Notes: generated from the sequence alone by a model not told the origin. 26,115 nucleotides of DNA from Trueperaceae bacterium (GCA_040905465.1 JBBDRK010000029.1:30685-56799), one strand, 5' to 3'; positions 1 through 9,142 are shown, counted from the stretch's first letter. A program made the numbers and translations.

Positions 1-1454
1 GCTGCTTCGTCGGCTGCGCCTTCGCCGATGGCCGGACCCCGGAGTGCCGCCTCGTTGAGTGCCGCCTCGTGAAGGCCATCCTCCCGAAGTGCAGCCTCCT
101 GTGCCGCGGCCTCCTTGGCAGCCGCTTCCTGGGCCGCTGCTTCCTGGGCAGCGGCCCAGGCCCGCCTGGTCCGGTCCTCCACCGCCGCGAGCGCCTGGCG
201 CCAGCCGTCCAGCTTGCGCAGCGCCTCGCGTCGCTTCTCGCGCAGGTCACCGGCCAGGGTACGGTCGTAATCCGCCAGCTCTTCCCCTTCTCCCAGTTCC
301 GCGCGCAGGATCTCGAGCGAATCCAACAGGCCGCGCCAGCCTTCCAGGGTGTCGACCTCGTCCCCCAGTGAACCGGCGTCGCCCTCGACCTTGCCGAAGG
401 CGGCGACCCGTTTGGCGTGCTCCTTGCCGATCCGGTCCAGGTCGCGTGGCCGAGCCTCGCGCAGTGAACCCACCGTCAGGTCGCGCTCGCGCGTCAGGCG
501 CCGGTGCCGTTCCATCAGGGCGGTGAGGTCCAGTGCCATCGCCTTGCGAACGTCGTCGAGCGCGCGCGCTGCCAGGCTCGAGCCGGAAAGCGGATCGTCG
601 AGCTGGGCCTTGACGCCACGGGCCCACTCCTCGAATCCCACCACCCCTTCGGCCTGCAATGTCGCCGAGAGCTCGGCGGCGCGGTCGCGGGCGAAGTCCG
701 AGACGGCCTCCTGCCAGGCCCTGACGTCGAGGCGAACGTCCTCCAACGTCCCGACGTGGGCGTCCCCGAGCCGTGAACGAGAAGCCTGGACAGCCTTGCG
801 CCACCTGTCGAGCTCGCCGGACCCGGGATAGAGCGAGGAGAGGGCGCGCAAGTCCCTGTCCAGCTCCCCGAGTCGCGTGCGCTCGAGAGCGACGTCTGCG
901 TGGAAGGCGGCCCGCTCCCGGGCCCGGCGCCGGGCGGCCACCGCCGCCTTGAACGCGATCCTCAAGCCCTGGACCAGCCGAACCGCTCCCACCCGGACGA
1001 TGGTGGTCGGCCGCCAGCCGAAGATGGCTTCAACCCCGAGAGTGACCACGAACAGGGCCGGCAACAGCGCGAACCAGCCGGCCGCCCCCGCCCCGCTCGC
1101 TCTCAGGGACTCGCCCCAGGCACCGGTCGCCAGCGGACGTGACAGCGCCAGCACCAGCCACAGCCCGGCGACCAGCGCCAGGTACCCGATCAGGACCCGC
1201 GGCCAGCTTCGCGGGTTGCGGCGCAACAGGAACAAGCCGCCCAGCGCGAGCAGCGGCCAGGGCAAGGCATAGGCCCCCCAGCCCGACCGTCCGGTCATCC
1301 AGCCGCGCAGGTCGGCGCCGAAGTCGCCGGTAGGCAGTTGCGGTATCAGTATCCCCAGCACGAATACGCCGAGGGCGAGGAGCACCAACCCTATCGCCTC
1401 GAGGTCCGGCTGCCCCTTGCTCGGGCCCTTTCTTCCCTTGCGCTTGCCTGCCAC
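1..1454 (-). CDS. ftsK: DNA translocase FtsK, N-terminal part (runs off the left edge; motor domain not in window)
   Basis: Absent from the ORF track because there is no stop in the window. Hand translation from GTG 1454 is open to base 1: MAGKRKGRKGPSKGQPDLEAIGLVLLALGVFVLGILIP...GWGAYALPWPLLALGGLFLL. It has ~4 hydrophobic segments followed by a long helical/coiled-coil region, resembling the Deinococcus/Thermus FtsK N-terminus. The ATPase motifs are not visible, so identity is inferred. Confidence 0.75.
   Translation of the reverse strand, partial: MAGKRKGRKGPSKGQPDLEAIGLVLLALGVFVLGILIPQLPTGDFGADLRGWMTGRSGWGAYALPWPLLALGGLFLLRRNPRSWPRVLIGYLALVAGLWLVLALSRPLATGAWGESLRASGAGAAGWFALLPALFVVTLGVEAIFGWRPTTIVRVGAVRLVQGLRIAFKAAVAARRRARERAAFHADVALERTRLGELDRDLRALSSLYPGSGELDRWRKAVQASRSRLGDAHVGTLEDVRLDVRAWQEAVSDFARDRAAELSATLQAEGVVGFEEWARGVKAQLDDPLSGSSLAARALDDVRKAMALDLTALMERHRRLTRERDLTVGSLREARPRDLDRIGKEHAKRVAAFGKVEGDAGSLGDEVDTLEGWRGLLDSLEILRAELGEGEELADYDRTLAGDLREKRREALRKLDGWRQALAAVEDRTRRAWAAAQEAAAQEAAAKEAAAQEAALREDGLHEAALNEAALRGPAIGEGAADEA
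44..157. repeat. Imperfect 15-bp tandem repeat (~7 units) encoding EAAAQ/EAAAK/EAAL(R/N) pentapeptides in the FtsK linker
   Basis: Units at 44 gtgccgcctcgttga, 59 gtgccgcctcgtgaa, 74 ggccatcctcccgaa, 89 gtgcagcctcctgtg, 104 ccgcggcctccttgg, 119 cagccgcttcctggg, 134 ccgctgcttcctggg. Confidence 0.85.
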
Positions 1455-1461
1455 GCCCTCA

Positions 1462-1467
1462 AGTCTA
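1462..1467 (-). promoter_or_regulatory. Putative -10 element (TAGACT) for leaderless ftsK
   Basis: TAGACT lies 7 nt before the GTG at 1454. Confidence 0.6.
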
Positions 1468-1559
1468 TCGCGCGTCCCAACCGGCGTAGGCGGAAAGATT
1501 TACCTCGACGTCCACCGGTGCCCGAGCCGGTCTCGCCGCTACCGCCCGGCGAGGGACGG

Positions 1560-1565
1560 TATGCT
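1560..1565 (+). promoter_or_regulatory. Putative -10 element (TATGCT) for the diguanylate cyclase gene
   Basis: TAnnnT hexamer 43 nt upstream of ATG 1609. An inverted repeat ctcgccg/cggcgag (1532-1553) lies just upstream. Confidence 0.5.
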
Positions 1566-1608
1566 GTTGGGACCGGGCGGAGCTTTCAAAGCAAGGACGA
1601 AGGGCGAA

Positions 1609-3435
1609 ATGTCGGCACCATCTCGAAGCGGCAGGAACCGGTCGGTGCTCATCTCGCACGCGGCTGCAGGTGCGGCGGGAGTCGGCTTGTTCCTCGCCGG
1701 CGTGATGCTGAACTTGCCGCCGCTGTGGCTCGGAGTCATGCTGGCCGGCGGGCTGACCACCGCCTCGGCGCTCTTCGGGATTGTCACCAGCTTGACGATG
1801 CTGGTCCTGGCGGTAGCGGGGCTGTGGGTGTTACCGCCGCTGCTGGGGCGCCCGATCGACGTCGTTAGGCTCGTCGGGCTGGTGGCGATAATGCTACCGG
1901 CGATGTTCGCCGGCCACGCGCTGTACCTGCGGGTCCAGGCTGCCGAACGCCGGCAGGACGAAGAGGCTCGCCGTACCAGGCTCCTCACCGAAGCCGCCAT
2001 GGTGATGCAGAAACTGGACAACACCGACGCCCTCTTTCGCACTATCCTCCGGATGCTGGCCGACATCCTCGACTTCACACACGCACAGGTTTTCGCGCCA
2101 CGTGACGGCACCATGGTGTTGATCGCCAGCCACCGCTGGGAGGTTCCGGCGGAGTTCCACCTGCCGCTGGCGTCGGTGGTGGGCGAAGCGGCCGAATCGA
2201 AGATGCCGCAGTACGTGCCGGACGTGCGCAATCACCCTACCTACTTCGCGGCCCCCAACGCCCCCAGGACGCTTTCCGAGCTCGCCATTCCGTTGATGCT
2301 CGAGGAGCGCGTCGCGGCGGTCCTCAACATCGAGCACGCCTCAGCAAACGCATTCGGCAGCGAGGAGCTGAGGGCACTGGTGGCCTTCGGCAAGATGACC
2401 GAGGAGGCGCTGGAACGCGCCAGCCTCCACACCCAATTAGTGGAGATGCTAGAGGTGATACGCAACCTCGCGCAATCCGACGACCCCACGGTCTTGTTCG
2501 AGGAGACCGTGAAGTCGGCGATTCGGCTGATACCCGGCGCCGAGTCGGGTTCGCTCATGCTCTACGACAAGGGCGACTTCCGCTTCGTGGCGGCCGAGGG
2601 TTACGACCGCCAGTCGCTCCGTACCATCTCCGGCGTCGGCCACACCACGCAGTTGAAGTGGTACGCCGGCTCCGAGGAGGACTTCGTGAAAGGGGTGCCG
2701 CGGCTGCTGATCGGTGAAGCGATCAGCGAGGCGAGCATGGCCGGGCTGGATACCGACGAGCAGCGCAAGACGATATTGCACGCCGGCCGGGTCCAGGAGC
2801 TCACCGCCACCATCTGCGTGCCGATCAGCTACGGCGGGACGGTCCTCGGCATGCTGAACATCGACAGCTTCGCACCGTCCAACCCGTTCGGTCCGCACGC
2901 GCTGCTGCTGGCCGAGACATATGCGCAGCAGATCGCCGTCATCATCCGGCAGACGCTATACCGCGACGCGCTCGAACAGGCTGTGGTCACCGACTCGCTC
3001 ACCGGGCTCGGCAACCGCGAAGGGTTCAACCGCCAATTGAACGTGGAGCTGGCCAGAGCCCGTCGCTACGGTCAGACCTTCAACCTGGTAATGATCGACC
3101 TCGACGGTTTCAAGTGGATTAACGACCGATTGGGTCATAGCGCCGGAGACCGGGCGCTGGTAGAGGTAAGCGGCCAGATGGAACGGGAGCGCCGCGAGGG
3201 CGACAGCATATTCCGGTGGGGCGGCGACGAGTTCGCCCTCATCCTGCCGGAGATCAACCGGGAGCAGGCCTGGCTGGTGGCCGAGCGCTACGCCGCGGCA
3301 ATCGCGCGAGTTCAACTCGAGGACTTCCCCTTGTCGGCGTCGTTCGGCATGGCCTCCTATCCCGAAGACGGCACCGATGCCGAGAGCCTGCTGCGCAAGG
3401 CGGACGACCTGATGTATCGCCGCAAGTCGACCTGA
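1609..3435 (+). CDS. Membrane-anchored GAF-GAF-GGDEF diguanylate cyclase (~608 aa)
   Basis: Hydrophobic N-terminus, two GAF domains (SELAIPLMLEERVAAVLNIEH; TICVPISYGGTVLGMLNID), DSLTGLGNR, IDLDGFKWINDRLGHSAGD, intact WGGDEF with upstream RxxD (REGD) I-site. Start moved from 1417, which overlaps ftsK, to ATG 1609. Confidence 0.93.
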   Translation: MSAPSRSGRNRSVLISHAAAGAAGVGLFLAGVMLNLPPLWLGVMLAGGLTTASALFGIVTSLTMLVLAVAGLWVLPPLLGRPIDVVRLVGLVAIMLPAMFAGHALYLRVQAAERRQDEEARRTRLLTEAAMVMQKLDNTDALFRTILRMLADILDFTHAQVFAPRDGTMVLIASHRWEVPAEFHLPLASVVGEAAESKMPQYVPDVRNHPTYFAAPNAPRTLSELAIPLMLEERVAAVLNIEHASANAFGSEELRALVAFGKMTEEALERASLHTQLVEMLEVIRNLAQSDDPTVLFEETVKSAIRLIPGAESGSLMLYDKGDFRFVAAEGYDRQSLRTISGVGHTTQLKWYAGSEEDFVKGVPRLLIGEAISEASMAGLDTDEQRKTILHAGRVQELTATICVPISYGGTVLGMLNIDSFAPSNPFGPHALLLAETYAQQIAVIIRQTLYRDALEQAVVTDSLTGLGNREGFNRQLNVELARARRYGQTFNLVMIDLDGFKWINDRLGHSAGDRALVEVSGQMERERREGDSIFRWGGDEFALILPEINREQAWLVAERYAAAIARVQLEDFPLSASFGMASYPEDGTDAESLLRKADDLMYRRKST

Positions 3436-3444
3436 GGACGGCCC

Positions 3445-3494
3445 GGGACGCCGCCCGCCCGAGCGGCGCCCCCACTCGACGCGCTTCGAAAGCG
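3445..3494. terminator. Two GC hairpins between convergent genes, possible transcript-end structures
   Basis: cgccgc 3449-3454 / gcggcg 3463-3468 flanked by ggg/ccc; cgctt 3482-3486 / aagcg 3490-3494. No U-tract. Confidence 0.35.
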
Positions 3495-3499
3495 ATCGA

Positions 3500-4744
3500 T
3501 CAGACCCGCTTGCGGTCGACCTCGCTGAGCTCTACGACCGCCTCTTCCCGATATGCCGGACGGTTCAGCAGGTAATCTTCGACGACGATCTTCACCAGCG
3601 CCACGAACGGAACGGCCAGCAACGCCCCTACCAGCCCCAGCAGCCCGATCCCCGCCATGATCGCCAGCAGCACCGTGAGCGGATGAAGGTTGGTGCTGCG
3701 CGAGAGGATCAATGGAGCGAGCACGTTGCCTTCGAGCTGGTTGGCGATTACGAACACCACGACGGCCAGGCCGGCGGTGAGGGGACTGACGGTGAAACCG
3801 AGCAGGACTGCCGGCACTACCCCAATGATCGGACCGAGATACGGAACGAGATTGAAGATGGCCGCCAGGAAGCTGATCGCCAGCGCCAGCGGCACGCCGA
3901 CAATGCTCAGTCCGATCCAGACGAGCACCCCCAGCACAAGCGTGATCAGCAACTGGCCGCGCATGTAACCGCCCACCGCGCCGTCCGCCTTGCGGACCAG
4001 GTCGCTGTAGAGCGGGCGCCACCGCACCGGCACCAGCCGGTAGGCGTTGTTGGTGAAGCGCGGAAAGTCGTAGAGGAAGTAAGCCGACGCCAGCAGGATC
4101 AGAATCACCTGCAGGGTGGTCGAGATGATGTTGGTCGCGCCCGACACGAGCAGCGACGGGCCGCCCGTAACCAGTTGCTCGAGCAGGCCGGTAAGCGCTT
4201 CGACGGCCCGGGCCAGCACGCTCGCCAGCTGCTCCTGCACCTGCACCGCGAGCTGGTCGTTCTGTTCGAGGCCGAGGCGCTCCGACAGGAATCCGGGCAG
4301 TCCTTCCGCCACGCCGGCGAGCCAGACCTGGAAACCGGTGAGGGCGGCGCCGACGTTCTCCAGCGCTACCGGTATTCGCCTCACGAACTCGCCTAGCTGC
4401 GTCACAACCTGGCCGATCAGGATCGAGCCAAGCACGAACACCTGCAGCAGGACCAGATAGATGAGCACCACAGCGAGCCCGCGCGCCACCCGCAGCCGCC
4501 CGATGCGCAGTCGGCTCAGGGCCTCGACCAGAGGGTTGAGGATGTAAGCGATTATGAATCCGATGATCGCGACTTGCAGTGCAAAGGCGTAACCGCGTCG
4601 CAAGGTTATGAGCAGCCAGACCGCGAAGACCGTAAGCGCCAGGTACGCCAGCGCGCGCACCCAGGGGTTGCGCCAGACGATCTCGAGAGCGGTCACCTGC
4701 TGCTCGGAGTACGGATCGTGGGGAGGGGGCCGATCGTCGTTCAT
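3500..4744 (-). CDS. AI-2E (PerM/UPF0118) family transporter
   Basis: Multi-TM protein with IIAYILNPLV, GGYMRGQL, FNLVPYLGPIIG, NQLEGNVLAP, LHPLTVLLAIMAG and GLVGALLAVP family motifs. Confidence 0.93.
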   Translation of the reverse strand: MNDDRPPPHDPYSEQQVTALEIVWRNPWVRALAYLALTVFAVWLLITLRRGYAFALQVAIIGFIIAYILNPLVEALSRLRIGRLRVARGLAVVLIYLVLLQVFVLGSILIGQVVTQLGEFVRRIPVALENVGAALTGFQVWLAGVAEGLPGFLSERLGLEQNDQLAVQVQEQLASVLARAVEALTGLLEQLVTGGPSLLVSGATNIISTTLQVILILLASAYFLYDFPRFTNNAYRLVPVRWRPLYSDLVRKADGAVGGYMRGQLLITLVLGVLVWIGLSIVGVPLALAISFLAAIFNLVPYLGPIIGVVPAVLLGFTVSPLTAGLAVVVFVIANQLEGNVLAPLILSRSTNLHPLTVLLAIMAGIGLLGLVGALLAVPFVALVKIVVEDYLLNRPAYREEAVVELSEVDRKRV

Positions 4745-4748
4745 TCTG

Positions 4749-5480
4749 TCACGGACCCGTGAACACGGTTGCCGCGGCGATGTGCACCTCGTCCGCGTCC
4801 ATACCCTCTCCGAAGTAGCCGTCGTCGCCCCAGATCTCGAAGTGCAGCCTGGATCCGCGCCTGGTGCCGGCGACTCCCTCGTCGGTGCCGGAGTTGCCTA
4901 CGAAGCCGATCACCGTACCGCGTTGCACAGGTTGCCCCTCGCTCAGGCCGTCTCGTATCGCGGACAGATGGGCGTAGCGCAAGAGGCGGCCGTCTTCGAT
5001 CTCGAGCCACACCTGGCGACCGCGCAGGCGGTCGAGCTCGTCGTCGTCCGCACCATCGGCCACCGCCGACATCAACCGCTGCCACTCACCCTCGTCGGCC
5101 TCACGAAAGGCGTTGTCGACGCGCACCAAGGTGCCGGCGGCGGCAGCGATCACCGCGGCGCCGTAGGGAACGGGCACACCCGAGTCGCCGTCGTAGAAGT
5201 CGAAGCCCTCGCTGGCGCCTTGCCGGTAGGGGCGCGGCGAGCCGGGCAGATGGGCAGGGTTGTCGGGCAGCTCGGCGCCCGGTATCGGGAACCACAGCCC
5301 GCGATCGTCGCTGCTCTGAGCAGCGGCGGGCGGTTGGGCAGCGGGCGGCGCGTCGGACCGTTGCCGCAGCTCCCGCAGCTCCGATCTCTGGCCGGCCAGC
5401 AATACGGTCACGACGACGCCATAGACGACGGCAGCCAGTAAGAGATACCAGCCGGGCCTGAGGGTGCGCCAGAATGCCAT
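4749..5480 (-). CDS. Membrane-anchored M23/LytM-domain protein with degenerate active site (~243 aa)
   Basis: N-terminal TM helix, short coiled coil, then LytM-type motifs (VIAAAAGTLV, YAHLS, GQPVQRGTVIGFVGNSG, LHFEI). HxxxD reads SEGFD and HxH reads RLH. Start ATG 5480 is 8 nt after an extended -10 TGaTAGACT (5489-5494). Confidence 0.85.
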   Translation of the reverse strand: MAFWRTLRPGWYLLLAAVVYGVVVTVLLAGQRSELRELRQRSDAPPAAQPPAAAQSSDDRGLWFPIPGAELPDNPAHLPGSPRPYRQGASEGFDFYDGDSGVPVPYGAAVIAAAAGTLVRVDNAFREADEGEWQRLMSAVADGADDDELDRLRGRQVWLEIEDGRLLRYAHLSAIRDGLSEGQPVQRGTVIGFVGNSGTDEGVAGTRRGSRLHFEIWGDDGYFGEGMDADEVHIAAATVFTGP

Positions 5481-5554
5481 TCGCGTCGAGTCTATCATCA
5501 CGTGACCAGCGCGGCATATCTGGCCAGGGCACGCAAGATTGGGCTGAGCGCCGG

Positions 5555-6673
5555 TCAGCCGGCACGCTCCAGCAGGTACAGACCGGGCCTGTGGCCTCCA
5601 TGGAAGACGCGCACCGTATTGGCTGCCCGCCAGCCGGACTGGCCGGCGACAGCCGCTTCGAACAAACGCAGCTCGTGGGTTATCGCCACCATTCGGGCAC
5701 CTTTCGACGCCACCCGCGCCGACTCGGTCAGGAACCGCGGGTAGAGTTCGGAATTGTCGCGGTGCCTGCCGACGGCGTCCCCCCACGGCAGATCTGCGCT
5801 CAGCCGGTCGAAGCTTGCCGACTCGAACGGCAGGGCGGTCGCGTCGGCCGGCAGCAGCTCGGCCCTGGCAGCCAGGCCCGCGCCCGCGAGATTCGCCTTG
5901 GCGCAAGCCAGCGCCTCCGGATCGAGGTCCACGCCGACTCCTCGCGACCACCTGCCGGCAAGCCCTCGTTCGATGAGCAGGGTGCCGGAACCGCACATCA
6001 GGTTCAGGTAGCGGTCGGTGGCCGCGGTGCGCAGCATGTCATGGGCGGCGACGGCAACCGTGGCGTTGAGGCCGCCCGGCCGGTTGCAGACGCGCCAGTC
6101 GCGCGCCGACAGCGGGCGGGGCGTGAGCCGCAGCAGCACCTCCCAGCCGCCTCGCGAACCGGGCCTGACCCGCAGCAGCAGATCCCCATCGGCGCGTTCC
6201 GGCAAGCCGCTGGCCGCGCTCAGTGCCTCGGCGAGCCGTCGGAACGCCGGCGAGTCGCTGCCGGCGGCGCCGAAGCGGAATCCCTGGTATGCCCCGGCGG
6301 GCGCCTCCCGGCGCACGTCCCCGACGGCCGCAATGAGCCTGCTCAGGTGGGCATGGCCCAACAGCGCCTTGGGACGGGGCAGGTCGAAGCCGATCACGAC
6401 GAATACCGCCACACAGCGACGCAGGCTCAGGAGTTCGCGCCGCGACCCGTGGTGCTCGAACAGCAGCGCGTCGTCGCTCTTCCGCAACAGCTTCGCCCCC
6501 AGCGCCCGCAACTCGGCGGTGGCGAACGGAGCCATTCCGGGCAACACCTCGGCTTCGTAGATCTTCTGAGAAGCGGTCGGCTGCGTCTCGGCTTTCTTGG
6601 TCGACGGCTTGCTGGGCGGCTCGCCGGATCGCTGGGAAACGCGGCCACCGGGTCGCTTGGGACGTCGGGCCAC
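5555..6673 (-). CDS. TrmN/Trm14-like (UPF0020) SAM-dependent RNA methyltransferase
   Basis: RLTPRPLSARDWR, GGLNATVA, motif I YLNLMCGSGTLLIE, GVDLD, motif IV-like ADLPWG. TACGGT lies 5 nt before the GTG start. Confidence 0.8.
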   Translation of the reverse strand: MARRPKRPGGRVSQRSGEPPSKPSTKKAETQPTASQKIYEAEVLPGMAPFATAELRALGAKLLRKSDDALLFEHHGSRRELLSLRRCVAVFVVIGFDLPRPKALLGHAHLSRLIAAVGDVRREAPAGAYQGFRFGAAGSDSPAFRRLAEALSAASGLPERADGDLLLRVRPGSRGGWEVLLRLTPRPLSARDWRVCNRPGGLNATVAVAAHDMLRTAATDRYLNLMCGSGTLLIERGLAGRWSRGVGVDLDPEALACAKANLAGAGLAARAELLPADATALPFESASFDRLSADLPWGDAVGRHRDNSELYPRFLTESARVASKGARMVAITHELRLFEAAVAGQSGWRAANTVRVFHGGHRPGLYLLERAG

Positions 6674-6734
6674 GCCTCACCGTAACTCGGGCAGGCGGCT
6701 CCGAACGTCGGACCCGCTGTCAGGACAGCCGCAG

Positions 6735-7766
6735 TCAGAACCGGTAGCCGATGCCGGCCCGGCCGAGCAAGCCCAGCTCCACGCCGTTACGAAAGACCGA
6801 CTCGGGACCGAGCTCGAGGTAGATCAGTCCGGGCTCGCTGAGGCTGCGGCCCAGCGGCACTTCGATGCCGGCAAACGCGAGAATTCCGCCGGCGGCACCG
6901 GCCGGCCCGCCGCGGAGCAGCGGTCCGGCACCGAGGTAGGGCAGTACCGGAGCGTCGACTCCGACGGGAAATGAGTACAGCAGTTGCAGCTCGAGCCCGA
7001 AGCCAGCCCCCATGCTGAAACCGCCGCCGCCACGCAGGTGAAGCGACGGCACGAGGTCACGAATACCTACGTGCACAGTAGCCGGCAGCGGATAGCCGGC
7101 TGCTATTCCGATCCACCACTCCAGCGGGCGGCGCTGCTGAGGAGAAGCCACCCCGAACCTATCCTGTGGCGCGCCTCCGGCAGGGGACGCAGCAGGGGCG
7201 GCGGCCGGCACGCGGCGTCCCGGCGACGCCTCGGGCAGCGGCGGCACTGTGTCGGCCGCCGATACCGGAATCCCCTCGTGGCTCTCCGGATCGAGCGGAA
7301 AGCGCTCCTCACCTACCGACTCGTTGAGGTATGCCTCGATATCGGCGACCCGCCGGCCCAACGCCTGCACGCTCGCCACCGACGCCGCGTTCTCCAACGC
7401 CGACTCGACGCGTCTTACCCGGCCCAGCATCTCCGCAACTCGCTCCACGTCGGACCAGAATGCAGGATCGAGGGCGAGGTCGGCCAGCGAACCGCCTATC
7501 AGGTCGACCAGCCTGGCCGCCACCACCGCCAGCTCATAGCGTGTCGCGGGGCGGTCGCCGCGAAAGTTCTCGTCCGGGTAACCGGTGAGCACTCCGAGAA
7601 CCGACAGCCGTCTGATGGCGTCTACGGCCCAGTGCCGCTCGGGTACGTCGAGATAGCGTTCCGGCGCCAATTGCGTTGCTCCGGTGGGCAGGGGCTGCGC
7701 CAGCGCAGCACCCATGAGGAGGGCCGCCGCGAGGGGGGCCAGGAATGAAGATGGTTGGTGACGCAT
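6735..7766 (-). CDS. SLH-domain outer-membrane protein (signal peptide, SLH, coiled coil, Pro/Ala linker, small beta-barrel)
   Basis: Signal peptide ending ALA; SLH motif YLDVPERHWAVDAIRRL...GYPDENFRGDRPATRYELAV; amphipathic beta strands at the C-terminus ending GIGYRF; SD GGGAG before the ATG. Confidence 0.85.
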   Translation of the reverse strand: MRHQPSSFLAPLAAALLMGAALAQPLPTGATQLAPERYLDVPERHWAVDAIRRLSVLGVLTGYPDENFRGDRPATRYELAVVAARLVDLIGGSLADLALDPAFWSDVERVAEMLGRVRRVESALENAASVASVQALGRRVADIEAYLNESVGEERFPLDPESHEGIPVSAADTVPPLPEASPGRRVPAAAPAASPAGGAPQDRFGVASPQQRRPLEWWIGIAAGYPLPATVHVGIRDLVPSLHLRGGGGFSMGAGFGLELQLLYSFPVGVDAPVLPYLGAGPLLRGGPAGAAGGILAFAGIEVPLGRSLSEPGLIYLELGPESVFRNGVELGLLGRAGIGYRF

Positions 7767-7930
7767 GACTGATCTCCCGTTCTGGCACGGTCGTCGGCAG
7801 CCGGATCGGCGGCCTGTGGGTTGTGGCTGGTCTCATCGTGGCGCATGTGGAGCCGGCTGACAGTGTCGCCGCGACCAGGGTTAGTCTTTCCGGTGTCGGC
7901 GGCGGCCGGCCGTGGGCGGCAGGCTCCCGG

Positions 7931-7936
7931 TAAGCT
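7931..7936 (+). promoter_or_regulatory. Putative -10 element (TAAGCT) for leaderless hemW
   Basis: TAAGCT-ggcgag-GTG, 6-nt spacing. Confidence 0.65.
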
Positions 7937-7942
7937 GGCGAG

Positions 7943-9052
7943 GTGCCGGCAGCGCTCTACCTACACGTCCCGTTCTGCCCCCAGATCTGCCCGTATTGCG
8001 ACTTCCACAAGATGCTGCGCAACGAGGGCCTGGTCGAGGCCTACCTGAACCGGCTGGAGCAGGAGATCGCGGAGACGGCCGTCCGCTATCCCGGCCCACT
8101 CGACACCATCTACCTGGGCGGAGGCACCCCGTCGGGCCTGAGCGATGCCGAACTGGACCGCATCGTTTCCGCCATCGACGCCGCCTGGGGCTTCCCGGCG
8201 CGCCGGGAGACCACGTTGGAAGCCGACCCGCTGACGTTCGATCCGGCGCGCCTGCGCTTCTTCCGAGAGCTCGGTTTCTCACGCCTCTCGATAGGCCTGC
8301 AATCGACGCAGGACCGGGTGTTGAAGCGCCTGGGCCGCCGCCACACCGCCGGCGAGGGCCTGGAAGCGCTCGGCTGGGCGATGGAGGCGGGATTCGAGGC
8401 ATCGGCCGATCTGATCACGGCGGTCGACGGCCAGGACTCCGCCGCCGACCTGCGTGCCCTTGCCGTTACCGGCGTGCCCCACGTCAGCGTATACACCCTC
8501 ACCATCGAGCCCTATACGCCGTTCGCGCTGCGCGGCGTGACGGTCGACGAGGAGCGCGCCGCGGACGATTACGAGCTGGCCGCGGCGATGCTGGGCGAGC
8601 ACGGCCTCGAGCGATACGAGGTCTCGTCGCACGCCCGGCCCGGCCACGAGTCGCGTCACAACCAGGTCTACTGGCACGGCCGGCATTTCCTGGGGATCGG
8701 TCCCTCGGCGGCCGGATTCCTGCCGTCGCTGGACGGGCCGGGCGAACGCGTCAGCAACCAGCAGCTCAAGGGCTGGCTCGACGGCGCGGAACCGCGACGC
8801 GAGCGGCTGACGGCGAACGACTACGCGCTCGAGCGGCTGATGACCGGCCTGCGCACCAGGCTCGGGGTCGACCTGTCGGACGTGCTCGAGCGAAGCGGGG
8901 TAGACGTCGCGGAGCGCTTCGCCGGCACGCTGGAACCCCTCTACCGTCAGCGACTGCTCGAGCTGGAGCAGGGCCGCCTGAGGGCGACCGATGAAGGCCT
9001 CATCCGCCTCGACGCCATGTTGCGCCGGTTCTTCGCGGCCCAGCCGAGCTGA
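7943..9052 (+). CDS. hemW: Radical SAM heme chaperone HemW (HemN-like)
   Basis: LYLHVPFCPQICPYCDF (CxxxCxxC), TIYLGGGTPS, YEVSS, SRHNQVYW, GIGPSA. It lacks the N-terminal extension of true HemN. Confidence 0.9.
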   Translation: MPAALYLHVPFCPQICPYCDFHKMLRNEGLVEAYLNRLEQEIAETAVRYPGPLDTIYLGGGTPSGLSDAELDRIVSAIDAAWGFPARRETTLEADPLTFDPARLRFFRELGFSRLSIGLQSTQDRVLKRLGRRHTAGEGLEALGWAMEAGFEASADLITAVDGQDSAADLRALAVTGVPHVSVYTLTIEPYTPFALRGVTVDEERAADDYELAAAMLGEHGLERYEVSSHARPGHESRHNQVYWHGRHFLGIGPSAAGFLPSLDGPGERVSNQQLKGWLDGAEPRRERLTANDYALERLMTGLRTRLGVDLSDVLERSGVDVAERFAGTLEPLYRQRLLELEQGRLRATDEGLIRLDAMLRRFFAAQPS

Positions 9053-9142
9053 GGAGAATCACCTGCCCGACTCTTATCCGGGCCCGGTCGGTGCCGGTCT
9101 GGCCCGCCGGCGACGCCTGTGGGCCAGGCGGCGAGAAACGCT

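Noticed and set aside
5481-5996. Long ORF-track starts for the M23 gene (also GGDEF 1417, gdhB 14320, lspA 14238, prmC 15893, yidC 23789, yidD 24349, gatA 26104)
   Set aside because: The extensions overlap neighbouring genes or promoter hexamers. Shorter starts fit SD or leaderless signals.
7943-9052. Oxygen-independent coproporphyrinogen III oxidase HemN
   Set aside because: Its length (369 aa), missing N-terminal extension and the H-V-P-F-C and HNxxYW motifs fit HemW.
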